Below, piece after piece: positions 1 to 13,400 of a stretch of 64,000 nucleotides of DNA (position 1 is its first letter; each line of letters begins with the position of its first letter). Below the pieces are notes generated by a model. That model was not told where the DNA came from, did no database searches, and worked only from the letters and a program-made list of their open reading frames with translations. The stretch comes from Phoronis australis. Taxonomy: Eukaryota > Animalia > Phoronida. The stretch is taken from NCBI GenBank assembly GCA_002633005.1, contig NMRA01000302.1:319760-383759 (forward strand). The letters are read 5' to 3'. The translations under genes and the position numbers were made by a program.

Positions 1-732
1 CCTTCCTTGAGACCAGTTCTATATTAAAGTTCAAGTATGAATTGCCTGTCTGTGAAAAGTTGCCTTTTTTCGATGTCCTTGTACACTGTTGTGACTATGG
101 GTCTCGCACTTAAGTTTATCATAAGCCTACATATATTGGTACCCATTTACATGCCAAAAGTGATTGCCCTGAACGCTTCAAGCAAATCCACTGGCCCGAA
201 ACAACGGGTCAGGGTGTGCTTCGAGCGCTGGCCGTCTACGCCGTGTATGCAACCCTCTCCCCTCTAGGGATGTGCAAAATAGCCCCTCTTCTTCTCATTG
301 CTTCTCCCGTAATCTATGATAAAATGGAAATGTTTAAGTACTTCGACAAGACAGGAGAACACTCCCTCTCATACCCCTGGGTTGCTAGACGAAGAGCACG
401 TTGTTAGTGTGACGTCAAAAGAGCATTGTGTGAGTACTCGCTTCCCTTTGCAACCACCATTCGCTCCCTACACCCTTGAACGTAGCAGCTTCTTATCGGC
501 ATGGCAGCAAAAAAGTACATGCGTATAACATTTGTACAACAAACTATCAAAAAATTTTCTAACAACAACTACGTTGAATACGAAAGTGTTCTGCCAAATC
601 TTTCCAAAATTTAAGCTGTGTGCCATATATTGTCCTAAGTCTTGTTAGTTTTGTTTCATCCATTCCAGTATTTGGTTCCTGGAAAATCAAAATTACTCGT
701 TGCTTTACATTTGAATTTAAGAAATCCCCATC

Positions 733-915
733 GAGGGGTAAGGGTGACACAGGTTCCAGATACTAGTCTGTTACTTCATTTTGATGCACCTGAGGGGTAA
801 AGGGGACAAAGGTTCCCATACAACTAGTCTGCTACTTCATTTTGGTGCACCTGAGGGGTAAAGGGGAAACAGGTTCCCATACAACTATTCTGCTACTTCA
901 TTTTTGGTGCACCTG
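733..915. repeat. Tandem repeat, ~3 x 59-61 bp (gaggggtaaagggga...ttggtgcacct)
   Basis: Three near-identical units; a single unit at the paralogous site ~28530-28590. Confidence 0.85.
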
Positions 916-1060
916 AAATTTTCGACTCGTTTGCATATTTTACGGAGTTGTGTGAAGAACGACATTCTCCAGAAGAAACTTTCAAGAGAAAAATTTACTT
1001 CAAAAGTTTTGCTAGATGAGTGTAGTGTCACAAGAGGTCGACTCAATCAAACTGAAATTG

Positions 1061-1066
1061 TTTATT
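1061..1066 (-). terminator. Putative polyadenylation signal AATAAA of paralog A
   Basis: Conserved in the same context in paralog B (28735-28740), ~190 nt after the stop; a second AATAAA lies at 1125-1130. Confidence 0.5.
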
Positions 1067-1253
1067 GTCTATTTTGTGTTGCACGTTCACTTGGTTCCAG
1101 CTAATGATCGTAAGAATTTACTTTTTTATTCGGACCCCACTAGAAAATTCGAGTAAACCATCGAGTTTCACTAGATGTGAATGGTCAGTTTGGTGGTAAA
1201 GCGACACTTGATTAATGAGTTTCCTGCGCTTCTTGATTTTACTGATATGTGCA

Positions 1254-1417
1254 TTAATTGGAAAGTGTCGCTGCGGCCAAAATCAAAGTAAGCATTGCTG
1301 GTTCGGTCATCTTTGCCTTGGTCCCTGCGTTCTCTATGCTTGCGTCCATTTGTTGGTTGTCGGCGTAGTGTTCCGCCTCCTTGTTTGCATCTACCACAAA
1401 CGTCCCTTGAATTTGAG
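1254..1417 (-). CDS. Paralog A exon 9, stalk plus probable GPI-anchor signal (...IENAGTKAKMTEPAMLTLILAAATLSN*)
   Basis: ttttcag| acceptor; small-residue omega region, polar spacer, C-terminal hydrophobic tail and no cytoplasmic tail; stop at the same position as in B. Confidence 0.82.
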
Positions 1418-4400
1418 CTGAAAACAATTGAAAGAGACTTTTGTTTAGACAAAATGGTACAATTGGATGTTGTTTATATCAACGGGAGCTAAATACATGT
1501 ATCATTTGTATGCGTAATTGCGAAGCTACTGAGAATCACGTTTCTGCAAGAAAGGCCAGCTCGTGATTTGTACAAGTTCTGCTTGCAAAGATACTTTGAG
1601 CCCGGATGTTAATCTTATTGGTTTCTGGGCTCGGACGGGAAGCAGTAGCGGTACTTTATTGCGTTTAGCAATACTTGACCGTCACCCACCGTATTACCAC
1701 ACCTTTAGGAACAAGAGTATCCATCAGGAATAATGCTTCTTTCGCAGCCTCCTTTTCACCCAGTTGGTTCGTATACTGGCCCGTCCGAATAGGTTTTGCA
1801 TATAAGTCCAGTTGATGTCCCTTGTATAGGCCCAAACAATAATTCCCATATAGGCGCAGTAGCTTTCTTTTTGCAAAATTGTCTTGCTTTTCATGAACAA
1901 CTTTCTGGCGTATTGCCGCCCCTTTAGGTACATGGGCTTATATCCGAAGTGATGCCTTTTTTCAAGGACTTGCTTTACCGAAGGGGTTCGTATAAGTTCG
2001 CGTATCAGCGCTGTTCGTCAAATGGTCATGGACCTTATGGCGCGGAAATAAGTAAAACGACTTGCTGAGTAACGTCGATGTCAATTGAGCCACGACTCGA
2101 GCCCAGTCTAGGAATTGATACCGTCACGGACACGGATTTGCACTACCTGGCTAGAGCATTTTTACTCTTGAGAAAGGCAACTAACCTCCATTGCGACACT
2201 CAACTCGGTTATATCGTGACATATTTAGATGATTCAATTTTAAATATGCGAAAAATACCTCAATGTTTGATCGAAATCCAACTTCAGATATCCAAATCAA
2301 AAGTTGAAATTCCAGTGGCAAAGTTCAAATCGTACATTGAAAATGTGTTCCTTGCTAAAAATCCAACTATTTTGGAAAGTGAATGAGCTAACGGTTGCAG
2401 CAGCGAAGCACACTCATTTTCAGTTTCGTATGATTCTCTGTACTTGAAGCAATGTTCCAGCAAAATACCCAACTAAACTTTTCCAAAAAATAGGGAGAAC
2501 GGATAGATATTTCACAAAATGAACTTCAAAATAGGAAATTGACTGAAACACGGAGTTGGAAAAACTGCAACAGCGGAAGCAGGTTCCGGGAATTACGAAA
2601 CGAGGCTGCACTAAGAGCAAGCCCCTGTGGGGATTTTTCCAGAAACAAGGTTAAAACAATCCCTGCCGCCAGTCGCTTTATCGGGATTGTTTGACATGTC
2701 TGGTAATATTGAAAATGTCAAGAGGTTAAGGTTTTCTCATTTACTTTAAACATGTCCCTTGACATCAGTAGCGTCATGACATTTCATTGACAGCAGCCAA
2801 TTGATTGTCTACAAGCTGCAATCGAAAACACCGCAAGCATAGGCGGTGTAGCATTGAAATGAGTGGAGAAACGGTCACAGACACAAAAATCCTCTAGGGG
2901 GCATCACATTAGTGGGACCCGTCCGAAAATTAATGTCGAGCCTACTCTGTCAGTTTCCATGAAGATTCTTCAGTACCGGGTTTCACGAAATCAATCGCAC
3001 AATGGCCGCATGGTGGTGGCCCACCTTAGAGAGGAAGACTCGCGAAATTCAATAGGGCGGCTAGTGGTGGACACTGCTGTTTCAAGGACAGTAACGACAT
3101 TTAGCAAGCCGTGGGCCCAGGCGAAATCAAGAACGTCCACCATTGGATAAATACTCCATGAAATCGTACTTCCTCGACCAGACGCCCGCTAGGTATCGCC
3201 TCCGTCCATGAAATAATAATGGCTGCGGCCAATGAGATTATATACAGTCTTCTTATCGTCCATCCATTCAAAAATACAAATGAAAAACGTCATCAGGAAA
3301 ATCCGTCAACTATTCCGAAGATACAGAGGCAAACGTGAAAACTAGAATCCCAAGTCACAGCAGTAGGCCTAGTCAAGACCGTCTCGAACATTCGCCATGC
3401 TTTAACTTTTATATAACAAATGTGCAAAATTTCGCGTACATTCGTCAAAGTGTTTTGAATATACAGCAGCGTACGCCTGGCGGACGGTCAAACAGACAAA
3501 CGGGCGGGTGGGCGGATGCACGGACGGACGGATGGAGGAATGGACCCGTAGATGTGTGGGGATGGTTCACAAACAATTATTTAATGATACGTTCGCCTAA
3601 GTTATAGCTTAATAAAATGTGTCAAAACCCGGCCTTAGTATACAACAAAACAACTTACCACTGAGTTCGAAATTGTTTGAAGTCACTGTATTCGAAGTGA
3701 ACCCTTTGACAGCATCCGGCACCGTCATTTTGCAACTGTTACAAATAGAATATAGCTTTTAACGACAGTTTGTTTTCGTTAGTATTACAAAGAATGGAAC
3801 AAAGTTAGTAGGGAAACAAGGGTAGGAAAAGAAATATGTGTTTGAATTGATTCCAAATTACATTGTAAGTGCCACTAATGCAGTGCAGCCATATCCAAGA
3901 GCAACCAAAAGAGTTTAGGCGAAATAAAAGGAGCAACATCAGAGATGAGCACAGAGGCAATGAAAACCCCTTTCAGTAACTTAAAACGACGCTCAAACAC
4001 AAACCACTGCTCTAGAATCGCGTATTAGTAAAAGTCAAGTATGGATATGTCAAACCTTTTTCACAAAAATTGACTGGTCTACCAAAATACATTATATTTA
4101 TTCTTATCTCGGGGAACTTCAAATACGAAAACTATACCGTGTAGTGAGAAAAAAGATTTATCAGAGCCACCTTGGAACTGCACAACCGCGTGGAAATTTG
4201 TTTACTACTTATCCGAAGTCAAAGTTTACATGGCTCCCCGACACTCAACCGGAAGCTCCCGCAAGGATTAGAGCAGCTCCGTATGTTCCCTCAATTCTTT
4301 AATTCAGTGAGTCGACATAATATTGAGTCAACGAGGTGTACGTATGATAGAAAGATGCCAGGGAAAACGAAGACAAAACTAAGTTTCGATCCTGAGGGTG

Positions 4401-7400
4401 TTCTGCGTCTGCATGCATGCAATCATCGAGAACCTCACGGTAATTTTGTAATTGCCAAATAAACTAATAACAAAAAACGAATGCTCGGAGTCGCCGCACG
4501 CCTCTGTGACGTACCTCACCAAAATTCCTCCACTTCATAGGTAATTTTAAAATTTTGCTGTTCCGCTCTCATTTGAAAGTCCCAACGAGACCGAAGATGA
4601 AATGAATTCTCTATAGGACATATGACAGTAGTCTGTAACTGGGATAACATATATATTATGAGCAATGTATTGGAAACTCATTTTGCTCAAAGGCACCTCA
4701 ACTTGTCGTTTGCTGTAAACTTGCTCATAACCAACAAATCTGCATTCGCCGTAAGTCGCCCAGTTGTCGGGTCATATGAAAGCTTCGTTGGTAGCCGAAG
4801 TTTCCGGGAGCTTTTGGCCTCCTCTTTGGCGAATGCGACCAAGACCATTCGTGTTGCTGGAAATATGAGGTATGAGTTGGTCCAGCACAAATCAGTAGAT
4901 TATTTTTTGGTTGGAGTATCAACCAAGTTAACCGCCGTAATAGCTTGAGAATTATTTCAATTATAAATTGCGTATGCCTAAAACGGCCGTTGCGTGGATA
5001 CGCTTGAGAGACAATTCATAAGTATTGCCATTTCACCATTACTCGAAAAATACGCTGTGGGGAGAAAAAGTTCAAAGAGACCTGGAACGCGATAAACAGA
5101 CTAAATTGCAATACTGACAGTGGTTCTCTGCAACTGAAACGAAATAGAGCTTGCTCACCAGATATTTTATGATGTATTCATTAAGATTAATTTCTGTTGA
5201 TATCAAAGCATTTTCTTGCAGTTTAATATTTCTATGGTACATGTATGTGAACTGCGCGCCACTTCGACAATTTTTCTCCCACGTCAGGCAAAGCACGTCT
5301 CCTTAGTTGCTATGGCAAGACATCGACGTAACTCATTTCCCTTATTCGGAAAATATGACCTTTGACATCAAGCGACTTCAAGCAACTGACTGTGAGCGCA
5401 TGCGCACATTCAACCTAAATGGGAGAGAGATTCGAAACCCTGTGGTAACCACAAAGGTTTTCCTTCGAATGTTTTGCAAAAATCGTCAACATTATGATCT
5501 TTTTCTAGAAATTTCTGTACAGCGTAAAGTGAATTACTCTGAACTAGACGTTGTGAGATGGTACTTACGTCAGGAATTCTTTTAAACAATATTTTGACGA
5601 GCTTGTGGTTCTATGCCTATTTAGAGTTTGCCGGTATCGTAAGCTTTTAACTCCATGAAAATGGAGATGGCATAAGGCAAAATTCAAGGCATTGGTAATT
5701 GAACTTTCTCGTGGCCGGGCTGACCAGTCAGTGCTCTCTACTCCTACAAATGTTGCTTGTTGAATAGCAGACTAATCCATCTCTTATGTTAGAAAGATGT
5801 TTTCTGAAGACGTGGCTAATTCCGTTTAAACATGGATTGAACATGGTTATGAATGGTATTCTGTTAGTGGTATTGCCTTTAGTTTTAGTTCTTAAACATG
5901 CATTTCGTGTGATTGAACGGACTTTGTCAAACTGTTGGTGTATAAGATGTAAGGGGAAATGACTTTGAACTAGATAGTACTTGAGTTCTTTTAAACGGTT
6001 ATTAAAGGCAGTTTCTTCTGAACGAATGCGACAAATTATGCTCAGGGAAAATTCCATGGTTTAATTTCGTCGTGGTTTGAAACACATTGATTCCATCAAA
6101 ATTTATAAAATTTCCTTCAGAGTTGTGGTTAAGGTATGTGCACTCAAGTCATCAGGACTGCGTTCAATGTTCCTAAGACCTCACAAGAAAAGCAATTTGT
6201 CGCGAGATTCCATTAGATATCGCCGTGTATTTTCAATGAATCTACTTGATTTTGGTAGATTTTTTTCGACCGGAGACAATTATTGAATTCTATCCATGTC
6301 GTGGGGATAAATGGTATACCACAATTCTCTTCCCTGGGATGTGCACGCATCAGTTTTGGCATTTTCGTAAAAAGGCTAATGGTATTGTTCAGTATGGTGT
6401 ACAGTACCTTCCTCTGCTTTAACAAATCCGATCAGAGCGCTACATGAAATGGGGACCGTGGATCCGTATTTCAACGTTTTGCCGTTGATGCCGTCGAGTC
6501 TCATTGCTTGCGGTGTCACTGCAATGTAAAAATGTCGTGTTAAGTGATAAGTGTTACAGCCGGAATTGACTATTGCAAATACATGAGGGAATAGCTCCCA
6601 GAAACAATGTACATGTAAACTTTGTATATCCTTGCAACAATATCTTAAACGAAAATGACTAATTGTATGAATTTATGTCCACGATTTTGAACTCGTGTGA
6701 AACCAACGTTTGACCCCACGCTCGAACATACGAAAAGCAGTGTACAAAGCACACAGGGAGCAACGCAAAAATCTGATGTCGCCATTACTTTAATTCTTCG
6801 TTGCTTTTCCCTTTGAAATCCCTGATAAATTGGACGTACGACTTGGTCAGTTGTAATTTGCCGATTGTTTTCAGACAACGTAAGATGACTACATTTGCCG
6901 TTTTGAAGTAATTGTATTTTTAATTTCTCTAATTTGAATTGTGCTCAAGTCTCGTGAACTATTGGTTCGCAGGTTCTAAACTTAAACCTACAAATTTGAA
7001 ATGAAATCGAAATGTTGAAGCATAATCTAAACTTTGTGATCATTCAGTGCCCACTAAAATTAGTCTCTGGTCCGTACACATACAGGCCACAACATACTAA
7101 TGCAAAGAAAAAGAAGTCTTCAGTCCATGCTAAAACAAAGCATAAATATATCCAGAGAGAAACGAGTTCGTCTTTGAGTTTGGAAGTTATTTACAAAAAG
7201 TAAGACGTTTTTAAAAGCTTCAAATAGTTGTGCTCTACACTTAGCTTTTTGTAAATGAGATGGAATGACGCATGAACATTTTGATAACGCCATTATCGTA
7301 CCATACATGTACATGTAGTCCAAAATCCAGTCCCTTGTCTGGAGGTAAAATCGTTTTAGAAATTGAACCTATTTTCTAGGTTGACCCTGAAGTCACAAGT

Positions 7401-10400
7401 TTCAAAACAGACACTAAAATGTGACAAGAATCGGAATTTTTGTTAAGTGATAAATTCTGAGGACAAAAGAATCACAGGTTTGTCAGAAAACTTCAAAATC
7501 AACGTAATTGTCAACCTCAAAGCAAAAAATGCATTTTTTGATAAACGCCTCCCTTGATATCATACCTTTGACTTAGCCTTTTATAGGAATCAAAATAAAT
7601 TTGAAGAAACGCTTTTTAGAGGTTTTTCACCGCCCACTTTCCTCCGTCTATCCCTTCTCTTTCCGTCGAGGATTTAGCTCCGCCCAATGACCAAATCACA
7701 CTTTCCGGCCGTAATTTCCGCGATCGGCGGAGCACTACCAAGCGCTTTACGGTTACCGCCATTTTCGTAATAGTCAACTTTCATTCATTCATAGGTCTTG
7801 TGGATCCAATAAACTAGCATGCATGCAATGGCATAATCCGATGGGAGTTTATATTAGTTAGCATAATGGACAGAGCCTACGATTTATTGCATCAGTGAAG
7901 TCGGTGAATGATGAATGCATTCGGCTATGCAGTGTATTTCACAAGTCCCGGACCGGGATCCAGGTCAGTGGCACGCCAAATACGGATTGATACCTATCGT
8001 CAGACATTAGTTATGGAAACCAGAAAAAACATGATATCCAGCGCGCACCCATGCAGCCAAAAAGGCGGGTGGACTAAAAAAAACGGGGACACCACTATGA
8101 ATTGCGCGTTTGTGCTTGTGGACTTTTGTCTCATTTTCCTGGACTTTTTGTTTCTCAGAGGCGGACCTTTTTGCCCACTTCGATGGGGGGCTCGTTCGGG
8201 GAGCCTCCCCCGGGTGCGCGCATGAGTAAACTTATACTTCAGTCTCCGGTAAGACCGGCCCAGCGAATAACGATCAGACCCTCGAGTGCCTCCGATAAAA
8301 TGAGCGAGACTTCACACGTTTGAGAACTTGATTTGTACAAGAAAGGAAGACTAGAGACAAGGTTGTAGTTCTATTTTGCAACTTGAAAGTGGATCAAAGT
8401 AGCAACACAAAATCACTGCTAAATCTCACCCCTGAGCTCGGTCATTTCTCGACCAATTTCACAGCATAATTCGTTCAGTATTTCTTTCAGTGCCTTTCGA
8501 AAATTCTCCGTCAAGAAATGTTTCTGTTCTGTATTTCATTTACATATCACGTCCACGTTGTACCATCATAGATACTCGTTAAGTCTAAGGTACCATTTAC
8601 CCCCGATAAAGCCGCGTTGACCTACTTCAGCTGAATGACATACAAACTCCGCCCACGGTTAATCACGTGATTCTGAGCGTATGGGTACTGCATAATTCTT
8701 GAAACTTCTGATATGATGCCGAATTTGCACTTGTCGGTCACCGCCGTAGGTTATTGCCGACTTCTTACGTTGCGATTTCGTAGATTATTTCAATTTTTGA
8801 ACATCGATTTCTCGGAGATGTGTGAATGGATTGCTTTGAATATTCGAATATTTGCTATTTGATACCTTAGAAAGAGAATGACGTCTAAAAATTTCGATTT
8901 ATGTCCTTAGCTAGTTTTTCATAACGAAGCCCTCAAAAATCAAGAGTACGGCCGTTTTTGCTCTAAAAAGTATATAATTAAACAACTAAGACCTAGTTCA
9001 AAAATCTGACACAGGGTTCCCTCGACAATGTCGTTATCACCTTGTTTACAAAATACCAATATGATTGGAGAAATAATATGTTTTAAAATCTCTGTTCGAA
9101 GTCATTTTTTTATTAAAAATGCATAAAACTCACGCCGATTTGTATTATCCTGACTTGAACCTACTGTGTAAGGGAAGTCAAGTCTTAACTTTACTCAGCT
9201 CAACTGCAAATACATGCTGCTCATCTTCCGTTCAAGTGGCTATAAACCAAATTTTGATTTGAACCATTTACTATTACGGAATTGGCCTGGGATTGTTCCT
9301 CAGTCAAATTTCTGTCTTAACAAACAACTAACAGTTCGTTACTGATACAAATCAGGCTCTACAGGTTGGCTTGTCAAGGCGTATTTCCTTTTCTCACACG
9401 ACTTGGAATGTGTTACGACACGACTGATTAATAACACTGAGTATGTATTTTTATATTACATGGGCGAATCACAAATTAGTGCAAAGTAGAAATCCATACG
9501 CCTTACATTTTATCGTCTGCAAAACATCAAGCGCGCGCCAACCAAGCAATGCCGGAATTCCATGAAGATATCAAGATTATGATTGACAAATCGACTCGAG
9601 CAAATGTACGTAATCCCAGTCGGAACGATATGCAAATAACTTCTTAAACGGACTCATCTTCGGCGGTGAATTCCATATCCACTTTCATTCATACGGAGAC
9701 GAACTCCCACTCAAGAAACGCGGTGCTGTCTCAAAGTCAATCCAGTGCCCACGCGCGGGGAAGCTCTGCTGACTCTTACTGATAATCATTTAAGTTTTAA
9801 TAGTACAACTTCAAATACTATTTATTGGGGTCTACTGACCTGAACATTTGTTACGGAAACTGGATGCAATTTTAAATTGTTAAGTTTAAGTAAAACTGTT
9901 GACAAAAAGTAACTGAGTCTTAATTAAATTGCGCAAATGTGTTTTTCAAAAGTGGCATCTTGCGGTTGAAAGTTTTAGACACGTCGAGTTTATCGCCAAA
10001 AACGATGGTTTTTAAAGTTCATGTGAGAAAACAAATCCTAAACTAGTCTCAGGTTTATGACATGGGCAAAACCTTGTAGAAATTTCGTCAAAATCCCGAG
10101 GCCAATGCACCGAGTACGCTACAGTGTACCATCTCGAGCGAGCCCCATGGCATCTGCGCAGGATCAAGTTGAGACCAATGTTATTGCATTAGGTGATCTA
10201 GATCGAAACTTCGCATCTTGTCAGAATTCATCAAATTTAGAATAGTGAGGTCAGAAATCGGATTTAAGGATCTAGTGGCCTTCCTCAACAACTCACAATA
10301 ACTTCCCTTCTTGTCAACAGGTGGCGTAGGATAGACCTTGGGACGTACTTTTTCTTCGGGTACCTTGGGACGTACTTTTTTTTCGGGTATCATCACGGTG

Positions 10401-13400
10401 CCATGTCGAACACCCAACATGTTTCTGCGCAATTTGAAACCGTTGCCTCCCTTTAAGTGTTGCTCGGCTACACATCTACATGTAAAAATATGTCAGTAAT
10501 GAAAAAGTTGACTAAAAACCTACCCTAATGTAAATTGGAAGAAAAATATAGATCTGTGACAAACAAAACGATGAACAAGGCATTATTTCACGATAATCTT
10601 CATATCTCAGAAGCCATAATAAAACGGACAGGAACAGATATTCATTGCATCATCTCTCTGCCAGATAGCTTCACAGACCCGCGTTCGCAATCTTTGTGCA
10701 GCTTTCAATCCCCGGGTGCACAGTGATGATGTGAATTAAGAACAGACACGTCAAACAAATAAATTGAAATACCAGCTACACATGTACCTTGCGAGAGTAC
10801 GTGTCTCATCATCAGGTGCATAGTGAAATGAACATGTTAAAAACAAAATGAACAGTGAAGGTGGAAACTAAGTATCAAGCTCGTCACTTAGATATCGACA
10901 GATAGGCGTATCCATTGTTCACTTTGTTTTATTTCTTATAATAAAGATAATGGCAAGCATTTATCGGTAACGGGCTGATGTGCACCCAAGGTATTATGAC
11001 CTGTATTGTTATGCCGTACAATCAGTAGGTGCGAATACCACACACTGTGGGAAGCCTACAACTCATGGAGCCATTGACCCAGTGTCCAGTAAACCGATGG
11101 GAGTTTGTCATTCATCACAGTTTTTTTTCATAACTGATCGTAAATGTACTTCAAAATCGTCAACCGAAATTTGTCGTTTTCTACACAAAGATTATCCGTA
11201 ATATTTACTACTGTAATCCGAGTTATTTTCCGGCCACAGGTGCAAACGCATAGTCTTGAATGAACCCATATCCGGCAAATATATGGACAACAGTCGGCAA
11301 AGAGAGTATTCCTTGTGCCCAATACAACCCTGTTTTATTCTTTCTTGTTTTATGCGCGTGACGTTGATTCTAATCATGGTGCTCCCTCTTGAAGTAGGCT
11401 AACTGGTCAACCGAAGTATAAAACACAAAATGATGTACACGGACACCGCGAAACGACAATTTCTAACGGACAGGCCATGCGTACGTGATCTCCAATACAA
11501 AATTGCATTCGGGAAAAGTCCGGAGAGTCCGTGGCAATTGTGCACCACGTGAACATACGCAAAACTATCGTCAACATAGCAAACACAAATGGGGATTTTG
11601 ACCGTATGATGAACGGCCCGTTTTTTACTTATGACATGAAAAATAGGGCAGCTTCCGTATTGGAACTCTTTAGAGTAATGAGAGCACGAATATGACTTCC
11701 GATGGATACCGACTCTGATTTGGTAAACAGAAATTCAATAATTATACAGTGGTTCGTTTAATTTAAGGCAGAGGAATAAAGTCCACTGCCGGTTCCTTCC
11801 ATTGTATAATTAGTTTAAGTGCATTAGTTTACTGTCTTTTTGCATTTTGACACCGGATGGGATCGAAATTCCCCGTTTCTGTTATCAGCCGCAGCCACTG
11901 ACTACTATTTTTTTCGCAGTGGGATGATGTCCTTGTTCATCCATTGATACACTGTATTTCGAAAGCTTTTTCGTTGAACAGCAGTGGAAATTTACCAGCA
12001 TTACGATAACATGAAAGATGTTGAAACGAATTGTTGATAGTCAATGTGACTATTGACCTTGGCTATGTTCTTTCATCGTTTGGACGTTAACATTTGTTTT
12101 GTGAGTTGAACTGGACACAATCTATCTCACATGTGCAATGGGAATTATCTAAAAGCAATGAACACTCGTGATTGCTACATGGAATTTTGCTTTAAGCATC
12201 AGATACCTGTGCTCTTTCTTCTAAGAACGCTGTAACACGTGAAGATGGCTGGAGAAATGGCCACCAGAGATAGACTAGGGTTTGGTGTAAACAGACCACG
12301 AAATTAAAACATGTCATTTCTTCATCGCCAATCTAAAGCCCAACCAACCTTAGCGAGTATCTTAACTGTGAAATAGCACGAGAAAAAAATTCCGTGAGTC
12401 GCTCCCTTATTATTAAAGCGAAGGGATAATGGTATTCATGAGCATTTCGTGAACGGCTTGAGTAACAAACGTTTACGTGTTTTGAGAAAAATACGGTATT
12501 GGTTAAGAATTTTTAAAACGTCTAATGTTAGATGTTTAAACTTTTAGGATCTGGAGTAGAAAATGTCTACTTTTAATAGAAAATATTGGGTTCAAAATGT
12601 TAGTAATTGCTATTTCACTGGTTTTGGCGCCGGCTGGTTGGATCAAGGAGTTGGAGGGTGAATATTATATAACGGGGAATGTAATCAGTATTATATAACG
12701 GGGAATGTAATCAGTATTATATAACGGGGAATGTAATCAGTATTATATAACGGGGAATGTAATCAGTATTATATAACGGGGAATGTAATCAGTATTATAT
12801 AACGGGGAATGTAATCAGCGCTGTGAGACATTGATACCAACTGCCAAAACTAGATTCTTGTTGCAAAGCTATGAAGTCAACTTACTTTCTCAATCGTTAA
12901 GCGCCAGACGTGATTCAGACGTGCAGGCCAATTTTAATGAGTGTTAAGGGAAGTCATATCAGGATTCAGAGTCAGGTAATAGGCTACTGTACCTCGAAAA
13001 CAGAGCGAAAACCGTACCTATAATTGTTTCCTTCTGTGTACGTGGTTTCCTTGGATATAATCACTGTCCTATCGTCAGTACTAAGTTTCACATCGTGAAT
13101 AAGCCTTATGTTTTTAAAGTCACTGTCTGTTTCATACAGACTCACGGAGTTTGGTCCTGAAAAGAAACTATCAGTCACTTGCCTTGGCTGTGTTTCGGAA
13201 ACGCAAGAATCTCGTGAAGAAAATCATTGTGATCCCTTGCTACGCTTGTTACACCATAGACTATGGTGCATGGACCGCCAACTCCGCATACATTCAATGG
13301 ACGAATTCTGTGCTCTTACGCATAAGCCGTTACGTCATTATTCTCTAGCGACACTTGGCCAAATCATCTGGTGTTATTTCCGGCAAGAACGCCGTCAAAT

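Noticed and set aside
1171-1492. ORF-track proteins over exon 9 (also 28630-29098), e.g. the Cys/His-rich plus-strand ORF
   Set aside because: Shadow frames of the true exon; only the phase-1 minus frame joins exon 8 and gives a conserved stop.
1500-2390. Extra or alternative (transmembrane) exons in the last intron, including ORFs 1724-1933 and 2078-2386
   Set aside because: The paralogous region 29420-30260 has frame-breaking indels and stops; no conserved splice pair or TM segment.
10181-10296. ORF read-through past the exon 5 donor as a secreted isoform
   Set aside because: The extension falls out of frame between A and B, and a consensus gtgagt donor is conserved; it looks intronic, though intron retention cannot be excluded.
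12663-12818. CRISPR-like array
   Set aside because: Units are contiguous with no unique spacers; eukaryotic intron context; no cas genes.
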